64,000 nt of DNA from Bryobacteraceae bacterium (GTDB lineage: Bacteria > Acidobacteriota > Terriglobia > Bryobacterales > Bryobacteraceae): NCBI GenBank assembly GCA_051000095.1, contig JBPCOQ010000128.1, forward strand, positions 53,075-117,074, written 5' to 3'. Of the stretch, positions 25,633 through 34,425 are shown in pieces; within the stretch, counting starts at the first letter, position 1, and the number at the start of each line of letters is the position of its first letter. Position numbers and translations under genes: made by a program. Below the pieces are notes generated by a model that was not told the origin of the DNA, made no database searches, and saw only the letters and a program-made list of their open reading frames with translations.

Positions 25633-27714
25633 CTACCAAACCCGGCACCCCGGTTCCCGGACCATCGGCTGCCCCACCTTGCATCCGTACGCCTCCCGGA
25701 ATTCCGGCATGTTCGACAGCACGCCATTCACCCGGAATTGTCCCGGCGAGTGCGGGTTTGTCGCAGCGCTCATGCGGGAATACTCTTCGCGAGCGCTTTC
25801 ACACCAGATCTGCCCCCATCCGAGAAATAGCCGCTGCGGCGGAGTGAGCCCATCGATCTTCTGTGCAGTCTTGCCTTTCAGGCTGTCCATCAACGCCATG
25901 AACGCAAGCCGTACGCCCCCGTTATCGGCTGTGTTTTCACCCAACGTCAGCTTCCCGTTCAGATGAACCCCCGGCGCCGGGCTGAAACTCTCGTATTCTT
26001 TGACAAAACAGTCCGCCCGCTTCTGAAATTCCTGCGCATCCTGGGGCGTCCACCAATCGCGCAGGTTGCCCTTCGGATCGAACTGCCTCCCCTGGTCGTC
26101 GAACCCGTGCGTGAGCTCATGTCCCACCACGGCCCCCATGCCTCCATAATTCGGCGCATCGTCCAGCTTATTGTCGTAGAAGGGCGGTTGCAGGATGCCG
26201 GCCGGGAAGTTGATATTGTTCTCGAGCGGATTGTAATAAGCATTTACTGTAGGCGGCGTCATTCCCCATTCCTTCGGGTCCACCGGATTCCCGATCTTGT
26301 GTAACTGGCGCTGGATTTCGAACTCCGTCGCGCGCTGATCGTTCCCGATGGCGTCGCCACGAATAATCCGTACGCTCGAATAGTCGCGCCACTTTTCCGG
26401 AAACCCGATCTTGTTGCTGATGGCGTCCAGCTTGACGACCGCTTCTTTCTTGGTAGCTGGAGTCATCCACGACAGCGTCTTAAGATCGTCCGCGAGCGCC
26501 TTCTCGATCTCCTGAACCATCTTCAAGGTCCGCTGCTTGCCTTCGGCGCCGAACGTCAAATCAACGTAGCGCTGGCCGAGCGCCTCGCCCAGATCGCCAT
26601 CGGTATACGCTACGCAGCGTTTCCAGCGCGGCCGCAGTTCCTTTGCCCCGGTAAGTGTCCTACCGTAGAAGTTGAAATTCTCGTAAACAAACGCCGCCGG
26701 AAGCAGAGGCCCTTCGGCCCGCACTAAGTGCCAGCGCAGGTACGTTTTCAGGTCATCCAGGCTGGTTTGCACGACACTCGACTCGAGCTGCCGGAAAAAG
26801 GTGGGGTGTTCGACGTTCAAGCCGTCCATGGCCGGCGCGCCCATGCCCGTGAAGTACTTGTTCCAATCGAGAAAGGGAGCGAGTGAAAACAACTCGTGTT
26901 CGGTCAGCTTGTGATACGTTTTTTGTGGATCGCGCAAAGACACGTTATCGAGCGAGCCCTTGGCCAGATTCGTCTCGAGGGTCATCACTGCTTTAGCGTC
27001 CGCAGAGGCCTTCTCGGGCGTTCCGCCCAGCAGCTCCAACATTTTCTGAACGTGCGTCTGATACTTGGCCCGTAACTCAACCGATTTCGCGTCCTCTTTA
27101 AGGTAATAGTCGCGGTCGGGCAAGCCGAGCCCGCCCTGGCTGGCCTGACCGATGTTCATGGATGAGTTCTTGAAGTCGGCGCCCGACGAAAAGTTGAAGA
27201 ATACATTCACGCCCATGCGGTGCAAGCGCACCAGCTCGCCGATCAACGCGTTCTTGGCGGGGATGGCGGCGATCCGGTCCAACTCCGGCTTGAGCGGATC
27301 CAGCCCACGGCGGTCGATCGACGATTCATCCATGCAGGACGCGTAGAAGTCGCCGATCTTCTGATCAATCGGACTGCGGCTCGAATCATCGGCCGCGGCC
27401 TTGTCGAGAATCCCGCGCAGGATCTCCCGATTGCGCTCCTCGAGCTCGTCAAAGCGGCCCCAGCGCGGCTGATCCGCGGGAATTGGGTTGTTCTTTATCC
27501 AAGTCCCGCACGCGTACTGATAGAAATTGACGCACGGATCGGCGGTGCGGTCCATATTGGCGGGGCTGAAGCCCGGCAGCTTGGTAGCTGCCACAGCGGA
27601 CTTGCCTTGCTCGGGAAAATTTGCGGGATTGGGGGGGTGCTTGGCAGGAGCTTGTGCGGAAGCGCCAGCCGCCCCCAGGATCAAAAATGCAAATCGAACG
27701 CGTAAATGGATCAC
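25633..27714 (-). CDS. M13 family metalloendopeptidase (PepO/ECE-like)
   Basis: VVGHELTHGFD (HExxH), NAYYNP, GENTADNGG, signal peptide, 693 aa. Confidence 0.88.
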   Translation of the reverse strand: MIHLRVRFAFLILGAAGASAQAPAKHPPNPANFPEQGKSAVAATKLPGFSPANMDRTADPCVNFYQYACGTWIKNNPIPADQPRWGRFDELEERNREILRGILDKAAADDSSRSPIDQKIGDFYASCMDESSIDRRGLDPLKPELDRIAAIPAKNALIGELVRLHRMGVNVFFNFSSGADFKNSSMNIGQASQGGLGLPDRDYYLKEDAKSVELRAKYQTHVQKMLELLGGTPEKASADAKAVMTLETNLAKGSLDNVSLRDPQKTYHKLTEHELFSLAPFLDWNKYFTGMGAPAMDGLNVEHPTFFRQLESSVVQTSLDDLKTYLRWHLVRAEGPLLPAAFVYENFNFYGRTLTGAKELRPRWKRCVAYTDGDLGEALGQRYVDLTFGAEGKQRTLKMVQEIEKALADDLKTLSWMTPATKKEAVVKLDAISNKIGFPEKWRDYSSVRIIRGDAIGNDQRATEFEIQRQLHKIGNPVDPKEWGMTPPTVNAYYNPLENNINFPAGILQPPFYDNKLDDAPNYGGMGAVVGHELTHGFDDQGRQFDPKGNLRDWWTPQDAQEFQKRADCFVKEYESFSPAPGVHLNGKLTLGENTADNGGVRLAFMALMDSLKGKTAQKIDGLTPPQRLFLGWGQIWCESAREEYSRMSAATNPHSPGQFRVNGVLSNMPEFREAYGCKVGQPMVREPGCRVW

Positions 27715-27738
27715 GCCTTCAGTGTATCGGTTTGGGCC

Positions 27739-28311
27739 TTAGCCCTTGAATTCGCCCGCCAAACGGCTGGCTAGCGGCCGGTCCTGGCCAGCGTACTTAT
27801 TACCCTTTTTCTTACCGTACGGAACCGACGACGGGGTTGAAAGCTGTTCAAAGGTGAACGAACAGATCCGCATTCCGGGATAGAGCGCCACCGGCATGCG
27901 GCCAAGATTGCTCAGTTCGAGCGTAGCTTTGCCGGACCAACCGGGGTCGAAAAGACCGGCGGTCCCATGCACGATGATGCCGATTCGGCCGAGGCTCGAT
28001 CGCCCCTCGAGTCTCCCAAGCACGTCGTCCGCAAGCTCCAGGGTCTCCTCGGTGATCGCGAGGACAAACTCGCGCGGCTGAAGAATGAAGGCATCCCCAT
28101 CAGCGATCATGACGGGCTTCATCAGATCCTCGATGCCCTTCTTCTCCCGCAGATCGATGAAAGGATAACGGCTATGCTCGAACACGTTGAATTCGTGACC
28201 GAGGCGGAAATCGACCGAGCAGCTTCCAAACTGTTCCGGGGGCAGTTCCGGCGCGACCTTGATTTTCCCAAGCGCCAGATAGCGCCGGATGTCTACGTCG
28301 GAAAGGACCAT
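27739..28311 (-). CDS. dcd: dCTP deaminase
   Basis: MVLSDVDIRRYL...SVDFRLG...GRLEGRSSLGRIGIIVHGTAGLFDPGW. The start was chosen at MVLSD; the longer ORF starts inside a REP element. Confidence 0.88.
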   Translation of the reverse strand: MVLSDVDIRRYLALGKIKVAPELPPEQFGSCSVDFRLGHEFNVFEHSRYPFIDLREKKGIEDLMKPVMIADGDAFILQPREFVLAITEETLELADDVLGRLEGRSSLGRIGIIVHGTAGLFDPGWSGKATLELSNLGRMPVALYPGMRICSFTFEQLSTPSSVPYGKKKGNKYAGQDRPLASRLAGEFKG

Positions 28312-28332
28312 AGAAACAATTCTACAGAACGG

Positions 28333-28380
28333 GTAACACAGGCATTCTTGCCTGCCTGCCGGCAAGCGGGTGTTGCACTT
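28333..28380 (+). repeat. Type A REP-like hairpin with a nested insertion
   Basis: gtaacacaggcattcttgcctg-cctgccggcaagcggg-tgttgcactt. Confidence 0.55.
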
Positions 28381-28394
28381 TGGACTTCAAACCT

Positions 28395-29342
28395 TCAAAG
28401 CCGGCCCAGGATCTGCCCGAGGATGTCGTCACAGCTCTCGATGTATCGCTGGATCAGTTGCAGCAACGCAATGGGTTCCTCAATTCCTATGCGGCAAGAC
28501 GTCTTTACCTTGTTTTCGGGAATCATGGCGACCACATGAACCAGGAGACGATTCAGCCAAACCCACAGATCTACCAGATCCGGCCATGAGAGTTTTTCGT
28601 ATTGTTGCGCGGCCACCCAGTCAGGGCCGGGGTACCCACTGGCCGCGATTCCCGGTTCCGTCATGGCACGGACGAACCAGTTGTGATGCGTTGTTGCCAA
28701 GTCGATCAGATGTCCCAAAGCTTGCTTGCGTGTCCACGGTTTGCGTTTTAGCTTCTGGTCACCGTGGACATCGGAGTAATTACGAAGATAGTTGCTCGAG
28801 GTGTCGATTAACTCGTCTAGATGAGCGGTCGCTGCCCGAAGCGACGGCGCCGCCGTTTCCCTCGGTTGAATGGCCCGGGTCTCCTTCTGTGTAAAATAGC
28901 TGCCCACGGGCGGCCTGGGAGGCGTTGAACGGACCACTTCGCGATAGCTCGCATAATCGACGCCGTGTTCCCGGAGAATGCCAGCCGCGGTACAGGTCTC
29001 CACCCGCAGCAGGCCCAGCACCATGTGGGCGCAATCGATATGCTTGTGTTGCAAGCGCTCCGATTCCTCGGCTGCAAATGCCAGAGATTGCTTGGTTTCC
29101 GCGCTTAATGGCAGATCCACCGAGGTGGAGACTTTTTCGCGCGCGACCGCCTGCGATTCGATCTGCCTGCGAATCTCTTCCACTTCGGTGCTTGGCCACA
29201 CCCGGTTTGCTATCGACTTGTCCTCACGGAGCAGGCCCAGCAGCAAATGCTCGGTCTCGATGTAGCGGCTGCCGAACTGACTGGCCTCGTAGCGCGCAAA
29301 GAAAATGGTTCGGCGTGCGATCTCGGTGTATCGCTCGAACAT
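28395..29342 (-). CDS. Clp N-terminal (Clp_R) repeat domain fused to a DinB-like C-terminal domain
   Basis: MFERYTEIARRTIFFARYEASQFGSRYIETEHLLLGLL plus a second repeat around HIDCAHMVLGLL. The C-terminal half has LGHLIDLATTHHNWF, which is DinB-like. Confidence 0.55.
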   Translation of the reverse strand: MFERYTEIARRTIFFARYEASQFGSRYIETEHLLLGLLREDKSIANRVWPSTEVEEIRRQIESQAVAREKVSTSVDLPLSAETKQSLAFAAEESERLQHKHIDCAHMVLGLLRVETCTAAGILREHGVDYASYREVVRSTPPRPPVGSYFTQKETRAIQPRETAAPSLRAATAHLDELIDTSSNYLRNYSDVHGDQKLKRKPWTRKQALGHLIDLATTHHNWFVRAMTEPGIAASGYPGPDWVAAQQYEKLSWPDLVDLWVWLNRLLVHVVAMIPENKVKTSCRIGIEEPIALLQLIQRYIESCDDILGQILGRL

Positions 29343-29387
29343 GTACTCCACCCTCGCTTTTTTATTATGCGCCAGCGCCACAACCGC

Positions 29388-29508
29388 CTTTGCTATCCTG
29401 ATCTTTAAGCTCCTACTGCATTATGTTCGAGGGATACGATCCGGGCGGCGCGGCCGTGCTGGTCAACGTGGCAACCGGCGATGAGGACCAGTGGAGAAGT
29501 GATCTCGG
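29388..29508 (+). pseudogene. Mosaic, internally deleted copy of the yebC upstream region and two yebC coding segments
   Basis: 29388-29419 is identical to 29887-29918. 29423-29477 matches 30202-30256 with 3 mismatches. 29478-29508 matches 30442-30472 with one extra A. Confidence 0.8.
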
Positions 29509-29596
29509 TCGCGGATCGCTATAATTCCCCAAACAATACCGATGAAACTGGAAGGCCCTCCACTACCCCTGCGCGGACCGGAAAGAGGACTCACTC

Positions 29597-29802
29597 TTGC
29601 AAGTGATCGTACGAAACGCCGATATCCTCGGTGGCACGCCGTGTTTTCGCGGAACGCGGGTACCGTTCAAGAATCTGCTTGATTACCTGGAAACTGGGGA
29701 GACGCTGGATGAGTTTCTAGACGATTTTCCGAGCGTCACCAGAGAAATGGCATCGAGGCTCTCGAGACCGCCAAGGATTCCTTGTTTGCCGCGATCGGAT
29801 GA
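29597..29802 (+). pseudogene. DUF433 antitoxin-like gene with a 1-nt frameshift
   Basis: ADILGGTPCFRGTRVPFKNLLDYLETGETLDEFLDDFPSVTRE is typical DUF433. After gaaatggca the frame shifts, and the other frame gives IEALETAKDSLFAAIG* ending in an ATGA overlap with the next ORF. Confidence 0.65.
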
Positions 29803-29900
29803 AAATCCTGCTCGATGAATGCTTGCCACGGAAGCTAGGCAGGCTTTTGGAAAGACACTCTATCCGGCAAGGTCCCGATCCAGCGTCTTTGCTATCCTGA
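29799..29900 (+). pseudogene. Truncated DUF5615-like (PIN-like partner of DUF433) gene
   Basis: MKILLDECLPRKLGRLLERHSIRQ matches the N-terminus of the DUF5615 family. It then runs into the 32-nt repeat and stops after 33 codons. Confidence 0.55.
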
Positions 29901-29949
29901 TCTTTAAGCTCCTACTGCTCCCGGCTTTCGGAGCGCACGAGGTCTAACC

Positions 29950-30693
29950 ATGTCAGGACATTCAAAATGGGCGACGATTAAGCACAAGAAAGCCGCTCTC
30001 GACGCGAAGCGCGGGAAATCGTTCACCCGCATTATTAAGGAAATCATGATTGCCGCCCGCAGCGGGGGCGACCCGGACATGAATCCGCGGCTGCGCACCG
30101 CCATCGTTGCGGCGAAAGCGGCCAGCATGCCGGCCGACAACATCAAGCGCGCGATCATGCGCGGCACCGGTGAGCTCGAGGGCGGGCAGATCGATGAAAT
30201 CATGTTCGAGGGGTACGGTCCGGGCGGCGCGGCCGTGCTGGTCAACGTGGCTACCGACAACCGCAACCGCACGGTCAGCGAAATTCGCCACATGTTTTCA
30301 AAGAACGGCGGTAATCTCGGCGAGCAAGGCAGCGTGGCGTGGATGTTCGAGCGCAAAGGCCAGATCCTGATCGAGAAGGATAAAGCTGGCGAAGATCAGT
30401 TGATGAACATCGTGCTGGACTCGGGCGCCGACGACCTGCGCGGCGATGAGGACCAGTGGGAAGTGATCTCGGCGCCGGAAGCGCACGAAGCCGTGCAACT
30501 AGCCATTCAAAAAGCCGGCATACCCACGCTTTCCGCGCAGCTTGCCATGATTCCCAAAAACCTGATGAAGCTTGAGGGCAAGAATGTTTCCGGCATGCTG
30601 CGTCTGAGCGAGGCTCTGGAAGAGCACGATGACGTGCAGAACGTGTATTCCAATTTCGACGTCGACGAAAAAGAGCTCGAGGCTCTCGCTTAA
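29950..30693 (+). CDS. yebC: YebC/PmpR family transcriptional regulator
   Basis: [23 protein letters not shown]...[13 protein letters not shown]... is canonical. Confidence 0.92.
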   Translation: MSGHSKWATIKHKKAALDAKRGKSFTRIIKEIMIAARSGGDPDMNPRLRTAIVAAKAASMPADNIKRAIMRGTGELEGGQIDEIMFEGYGPGGAAVLVNVATDNRNRTVSEIRHMFSKNGGNLGEQGSVAWMFERKGQILIEKDKAGEDQLMNIVLDSGADDLRGDEDQWEVISAPEAHEAVQLAIQKAGIPTLSAQLAMIPKNLMKLEGKNVSGMLRLSEALEEHDDVQNVYSNFDVDEKELEALA

Positions 30694-30713
30694 ACGCGGG
30701 CCGCGGGACTGCC

Positions 30714-31211
30714 ATGCGTGTTCTCGGCATCGATTGCGGCACGGAGAAGACCGGCTACGGAATGATCGAGAGCGATGGCCGCGGGCACCAGATGATAGCG
30801 GCTGGCGTGATTCGGACCAGCCCGCGAGATCCGCTGGAACGGCGGCTGTTTCTGATCGCGGCCGGATTGCGTGAAGTGATTCGAGAACATCTGCCGGAAA
30901 GCGCCGCGGTGGAGGAGGTGTTTTATTCGCAAAACGTCAAAACCGCTCTCAAGCTGTCCCATGCGCGCGGAGTTGCGCTGCTCACGGTTGCGGAAGCCGG
31001 CCTTTCGCTGGGTGAGTATTCGCCGCTCGAGATTAAGACCAGCGTGGTGGGTTATGGGCGCGCTGAAAAGCACCAGGTGCGCATGATGGTTCATTCCCTG
31101 CTACGTATCACGACCGAGATCGAATCGGAAGACGCCTGCGACGCAATCGCCGTCGCCATCTGCCATGCAACGCACTACTCTTCAGAGCAACGCATGAAGG
31201 CCGTGCGATGA
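30714..31211 (+). CDS. ruvC: Holliday junction resolvase RuvC
   Basis: [16 protein letters not shown]...[21 protein letters not shown]...[13 protein letters not shown]. Confidence 0.9.
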   Translation: MRVLGIDCGTEKTGYGMIESDGRGHQMIAAGVIRTSPRDPLERRLFLIAAGLREVIREHLPESAAVEEVFYSQNVKTALKLSHARGVALLTVAEAGLSLGEYSPLEIKTSVVGYGRAEKHQVRMMVHSLLRITTEIESEDACDAIAVAICHATHYSSEQRMKAVR

Positions 31212-31864
31212 GAGCGGCCGGGCTGGTATGCATTGCCTGTGTTGCCGCGCTCGCGCAGGCGGGCTCTGGCGGGCCGCGCATCGAATACTCTAAGTTTTTT
31301 AAGGGCAGCGTTCCGGAATATGTCGCCATCACGATTGAAAAGCCCGGGCAGGTAACGTACCAGGAGGCGAAGGATGATGAACGACCGATCCGTTTTCAGA
31401 TTCCGGCGGATCAGGTCAACGAGGTATTCGGCCTCGCCGCCAAGCTGGATCATTTCACCAGGCCGCTGGAGTCGGGGCTCAAGGTGGCGCAGATGGGCGT
31501 CAAGAGCTTCCGGTTTGCGGATGGCGGCACCACCGGCGAGGTGAAATTCAACTACTCGGAAGACCCGGATGCCCGTCAGCTCGCCGACTGGTTCGAGCGC
31601 ATCACCGAGACGGAGCAGGATTTTATCGGGCTGGAGCGCGCGGTGAAGTTCGACAAACTGGGCGTGAATCAGGCGTTGCTGCTGCTCCAGATCACCTATG
31701 ACAAGAAACGGCTGATGGCTCCCGAGCAGTTTCTGCCTTTGCTCGACCGCATCGCCAAGAACGAGAGTTTCATGCACATGTCACGGGAGCGTGCCGCCAC
31801 TATAGCGGGTTTGTTCCGGAATCAGACCGTAGCGAACACCGAAGGCCGCAAGACTGAAAAATGA
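31208..31864 (+). CDS. Secreted hypothetical protein
   Basis: Signal-like [19 protein letters not shown] and ATGA overlaps on both sides. No family was recognised. Confidence 0.45.
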   Translation: MRAAGLVCIACVAALAQAGSGGPRIEYSKFFKGSVPEYVAITIEKPGQVTYQEAKDDERPIRFQIPADQVNEVFGLAAKLDHFTRPLESGLKVAQMGVKSFRFADGGTTGEVKFNYSEDPDARQLADWFERITETEQDFIGLERAVKFDKLGVNQALLLLQITYDKKRLMAPEQFLPLLDRIAKNESFMHMSRERAATIAGLFRNQTVANTEGRKTEK

Positions 31865-33240
31865 TCAACAAGTTTTTTCTGGCGCTTCTTGTTAGCGCCG
31901 CTCTCATTGCGCAAAACCCTCCGAAAGGGGAGAGCCAAATGCCGGAGGACGAGCAGGCGAGCTTGCGGCAGGTCCTGGGCGAAGCGGGCAACAGTCCGGT
32001 TGATTTTATCCATGCGCTCGAAGGTCATCTCGCAAAGTACCCCAACACAGTGCGGCGCGCGGAGCTGGAGCGAGCGCTCGTCAAAAGCGCAATTGATGTC
32101 AAGGACAACCCGCGCATCATTCGTTGGGGCGAAAAGGTACTGGCGCGAGAGCCGGATGACGCCCAGGTGCTCGAGAGAGTGGTGGTGGCTCTGCTCCAGA
32201 AAGGCGATCCGGCCAGCGCCGAACGGGCGCAAAAGTACGCCCGTCATTTCTCGGAGCTAATTGCCGATGCGAGCAAGCAAGAGAGCAAGAGCGGAAAGGA
32301 AACGGTGAAAGTAAAGGAAGGCGCCGATCGCGGCAAGGCGCGCGGCTTGATTCTGGAAGCCCGCGCGGAGGGCTTGTTGGGCCATAAAGAGAAAGCCGCC
32401 GAGCTGGCCAAGACCAGCTATGCCGCGTACCCAAGCGTGGAAGGCGCGCGCGAGGCATCTCACTGGTTAACCGAAACGGGAAAAGACGAGGAGGCGATTC
32501 GCTATCTTGCCGATGCGTTCAGCATTACCGAGCTGAAAGCCACCGATCCCGAGGTAACCCTGGATCGCGTCAAGCTGGGTGAGTTGTACCGCAAGCTCAA
32601 GGGCTCGGAAGCTGGATTAGGCGATCTGGTCCTGAAGGCCTACGATGAAACCGCGAGCGTGTTCTCGGCACGCCGCCATCAGATCCGCAAGCTCGATCCA
32701 AACGCGGATGCAAAGGACGCCATGCAGTTTACGCTCAGCGGAGTGGAAGGGGACAACCTGCAGCTTGCGTCGCTCCGAGGCAAAGTGGTGATCATGGATT
32801 TTTGGGCGACATGGTGTGGCCCGTGCCGTATCCAGCATCCGTTGTATGAGGATGTGAAGGCCAAGTTCAAGGATCGCAGCGATATCGTGTTTCTGGCGAT
32901 TGACACAGATGAGGACCATTCCCTGGTGAAGCCGTTTCTCGACCAGGCGCAGTGGAATCACAAGGTCTATTTCGACGACGGCCTGGGGCACTTATTGCAG
33001 GTCAGCTCCATCCCAACCACCGTCATCTTTAACAAAAAAGGTGAAGTTGCGAGCCGCATGAACGGGTTTCTGCCGGACCGCTTTGTCGATATGCTCACGA
33101 TGCGAATTCAAGAGGCGCTGAATGAGTTGGGGCCGAAAACGGTCGCGATGGAGCAACCGCTCCCTAACGGTCGCGGCTCAGTAGGTTCCCACGCGCTAAC
33201 TGAGCCGCGACCGTTAGGGAGCGGTTCGCGGCGACGATGA
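31861..33240 (+). CDS. TlpA-like thiol:disulfide oxidoreductase with an N-terminal TPR-like helical domain
   Basis: Thioredoxin motif FWATWCGPC. The last ~29 codons read through a 28-bp perfect inverted repeat. Confidence 0.72.
   Translation: MINKFFLALLVSAALIAQNPPKGESQMPEDEQASLRQVLGEAGNSPVDFIHALEGHLAKYPNTVRRAELERALVKSAIDVKDNPRIIRWGEKVLAREPDDAQVLERVVVALLQKGDPASAERAQKYARHFSELIADASKQESKSGKETVKVKEGADRGKARGLILEARAEGLLGHKEKAAELAKTSYAAYPSVEGAREASHWLTETGKDEEAIRYLADAFSITELKATDPEVTLDRVKLGELYRKLKGSEAGLGDLVLKAYDETASVFSARRHQIRKLDPNADAKDAMQFTLSGVEGDNLQLASLRGKVVIMDFWATWCGPCRIQHPLYEDVKAKFKDRSDIVFLAIDTDEDHSLVKPFLDQAQWNHKVYFDDGLGHLLQVSSIPTTVIFNKKGEVASRMNGFLPDRFVDMLTMRIQEALNELGPKTVAMEQPLPNGRGSVGSHALTEPRPLGSGSRRR
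33155..33226. repeat. Perfect 28-bp inverted repeat with a 16-nt loop
   Basis: aaccgctccctaacggtcgcggctcagt (33155-33182) and actgagccgcgaccgttagggagcggtt (33199-33226). Confidence 0.9.
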
Positions 33241-34412
33241 CTGGTGCTACTTTCCGCCGCGTCGTCTGGATCGTGCTCGATAGCGTTGGCATCGGCGCCA
33301 TGCCGGACGCCGATGAGTACGGCGATGTGGGCAGCGATACCCTCGGCAATATCGCTCGGCAACGAACGCTGCGGCTTCCCAATCTGCTGAACCTCGGGCT
33401 CGGCAATATCAAGCCGCTCGCGCATCTCGATCCGGTCGCCGCTCCGGCGGCCGCCTATGGCCGTTGCGCGTTGGCCTCTCCCGGCAAGGACACCACCACC
33501 GGTCATTGGGAAATGGCCGGCATTCATCTGGCAAAGCCGTTCCCGGTATATCCAAATGGTTTTCCGCCGGAGATCCTGGGTGAACTCGAAAAGCGAACCG
33601 GGCGGAGCAGTATCGGCAACATCGCCGCGTCCGGTACGGAGATCATCCAACAGCTTGGCGAAGAGCACATGCGCACCGGGTCGCCGATCGTTTACACCTC
33701 GGCTGACAGCGTGTTCCAGGTGGCGGCGCATGACGAAGTGATTCCGCTGTGGGAGCTCTACCGGATTTGCGAGGCCGCCCGCGATATTCTGCGCGGGCCG
33801 TACGAAGTTGGCCGTGTGATCGCGCGGCCTTTCGAGGGCCAGCCCGGAGCATTCGTGCGAACAGCGAACCGGAAGGACTTTGCCGTGCCGCCCCCCAAGG
33901 GCATGCTGCTCGATCAGCTCGACGACGCGGGCGTGCGAGTGTTCAGTGTGGGTAAGATCTTCGATGTTTTTCTGGGGCGGGGGATTCGCGATCACGAGAA
34001 GACCAAGAGCAACGCGGACGGGATGGCCAAGACGATGGCCGCGCTGAATGAGCTGGACGCGGGAATGGTGTTCACCAACCTGGTCGATTTCGATCAGCAG
34101 TACGGGCACCGCAATGATGTCGAGGGCTACGCCCGGGCGCTGGAAGAAGTGGACGCGTGGCTGCCCGCCATCGAGAAGAAGCTCACGCCGGAAGACCTGC
34201 TGATTTTGACGGCCGATCATGGCTGCGATCCAACCACGCCTTCTACCGATCACAGCCGTGAGTATGTGCCGCTCCTCGCCTGGACGCCGAGAAAGCGCGA
34301 GGGGCGGGATCTCGGGACTCGCGCCACGCTGTCGGATATCGGGCAAACGGTGGCGGAGAATTTCGGAGTGCGGATTGTGAAGGGCGAGAGCTTCCTGAGT
34401 GAAGTAGCGTAG
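33237..34412 (+). CDS. deoB: Phosphopentomutase
   Basis: RVVWIVLDSVGIGAMPDADEYGDVGSDTLGNI...TADHGCDPT. Confidence 0.9.
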   Translation: MTGATFRRVVWIVLDSVGIGAMPDADEYGDVGSDTLGNIARQRTLRLPNLLNLGLGNIKPLAHLDPVAAPAAAYGRCALASPGKDTTTGHWEMAGIHLAKPFPVYPNGFPPEILGELEKRTGRSSIGNIAASGTEIIQQLGEEHMRTGSPIVYTSADSVFQVAAHDEVIPLWELYRICEAARDILRGPYEVGRVIARPFEGQPGAFVRTANRKDFAVPPPKGMLLDQLDDAGVRVFSVGKIFDVFLGRGIRDHEKTKSNADGMAKTMAALNELDAGMVFTNLVDFDQQYGHRNDVEGYARALEEVDAWLPAIEKKLTPEDLLILTADHGCDPTTPSTDHSREYVPLLAWTPRKREGRDLGTRATLSDIGQTVAENFGVRIVKGESFLSEVA

Positions 34413-34425
34413 GACAGAAGACGCG

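Noticed and set aside
29423-30472. A diversity-generating retroelement (template/variable repeat pair) suggested by the yebC-like repeats, where the mismatches in the upstream copy are at A positions.
   Set aside because: There are only three substitutions plus one indel. No reverse transcriptase or accessory gene is nearby, the target is a housekeeping regulator, and the copy has large internal deletions. This is ordinary pseudogene decay.
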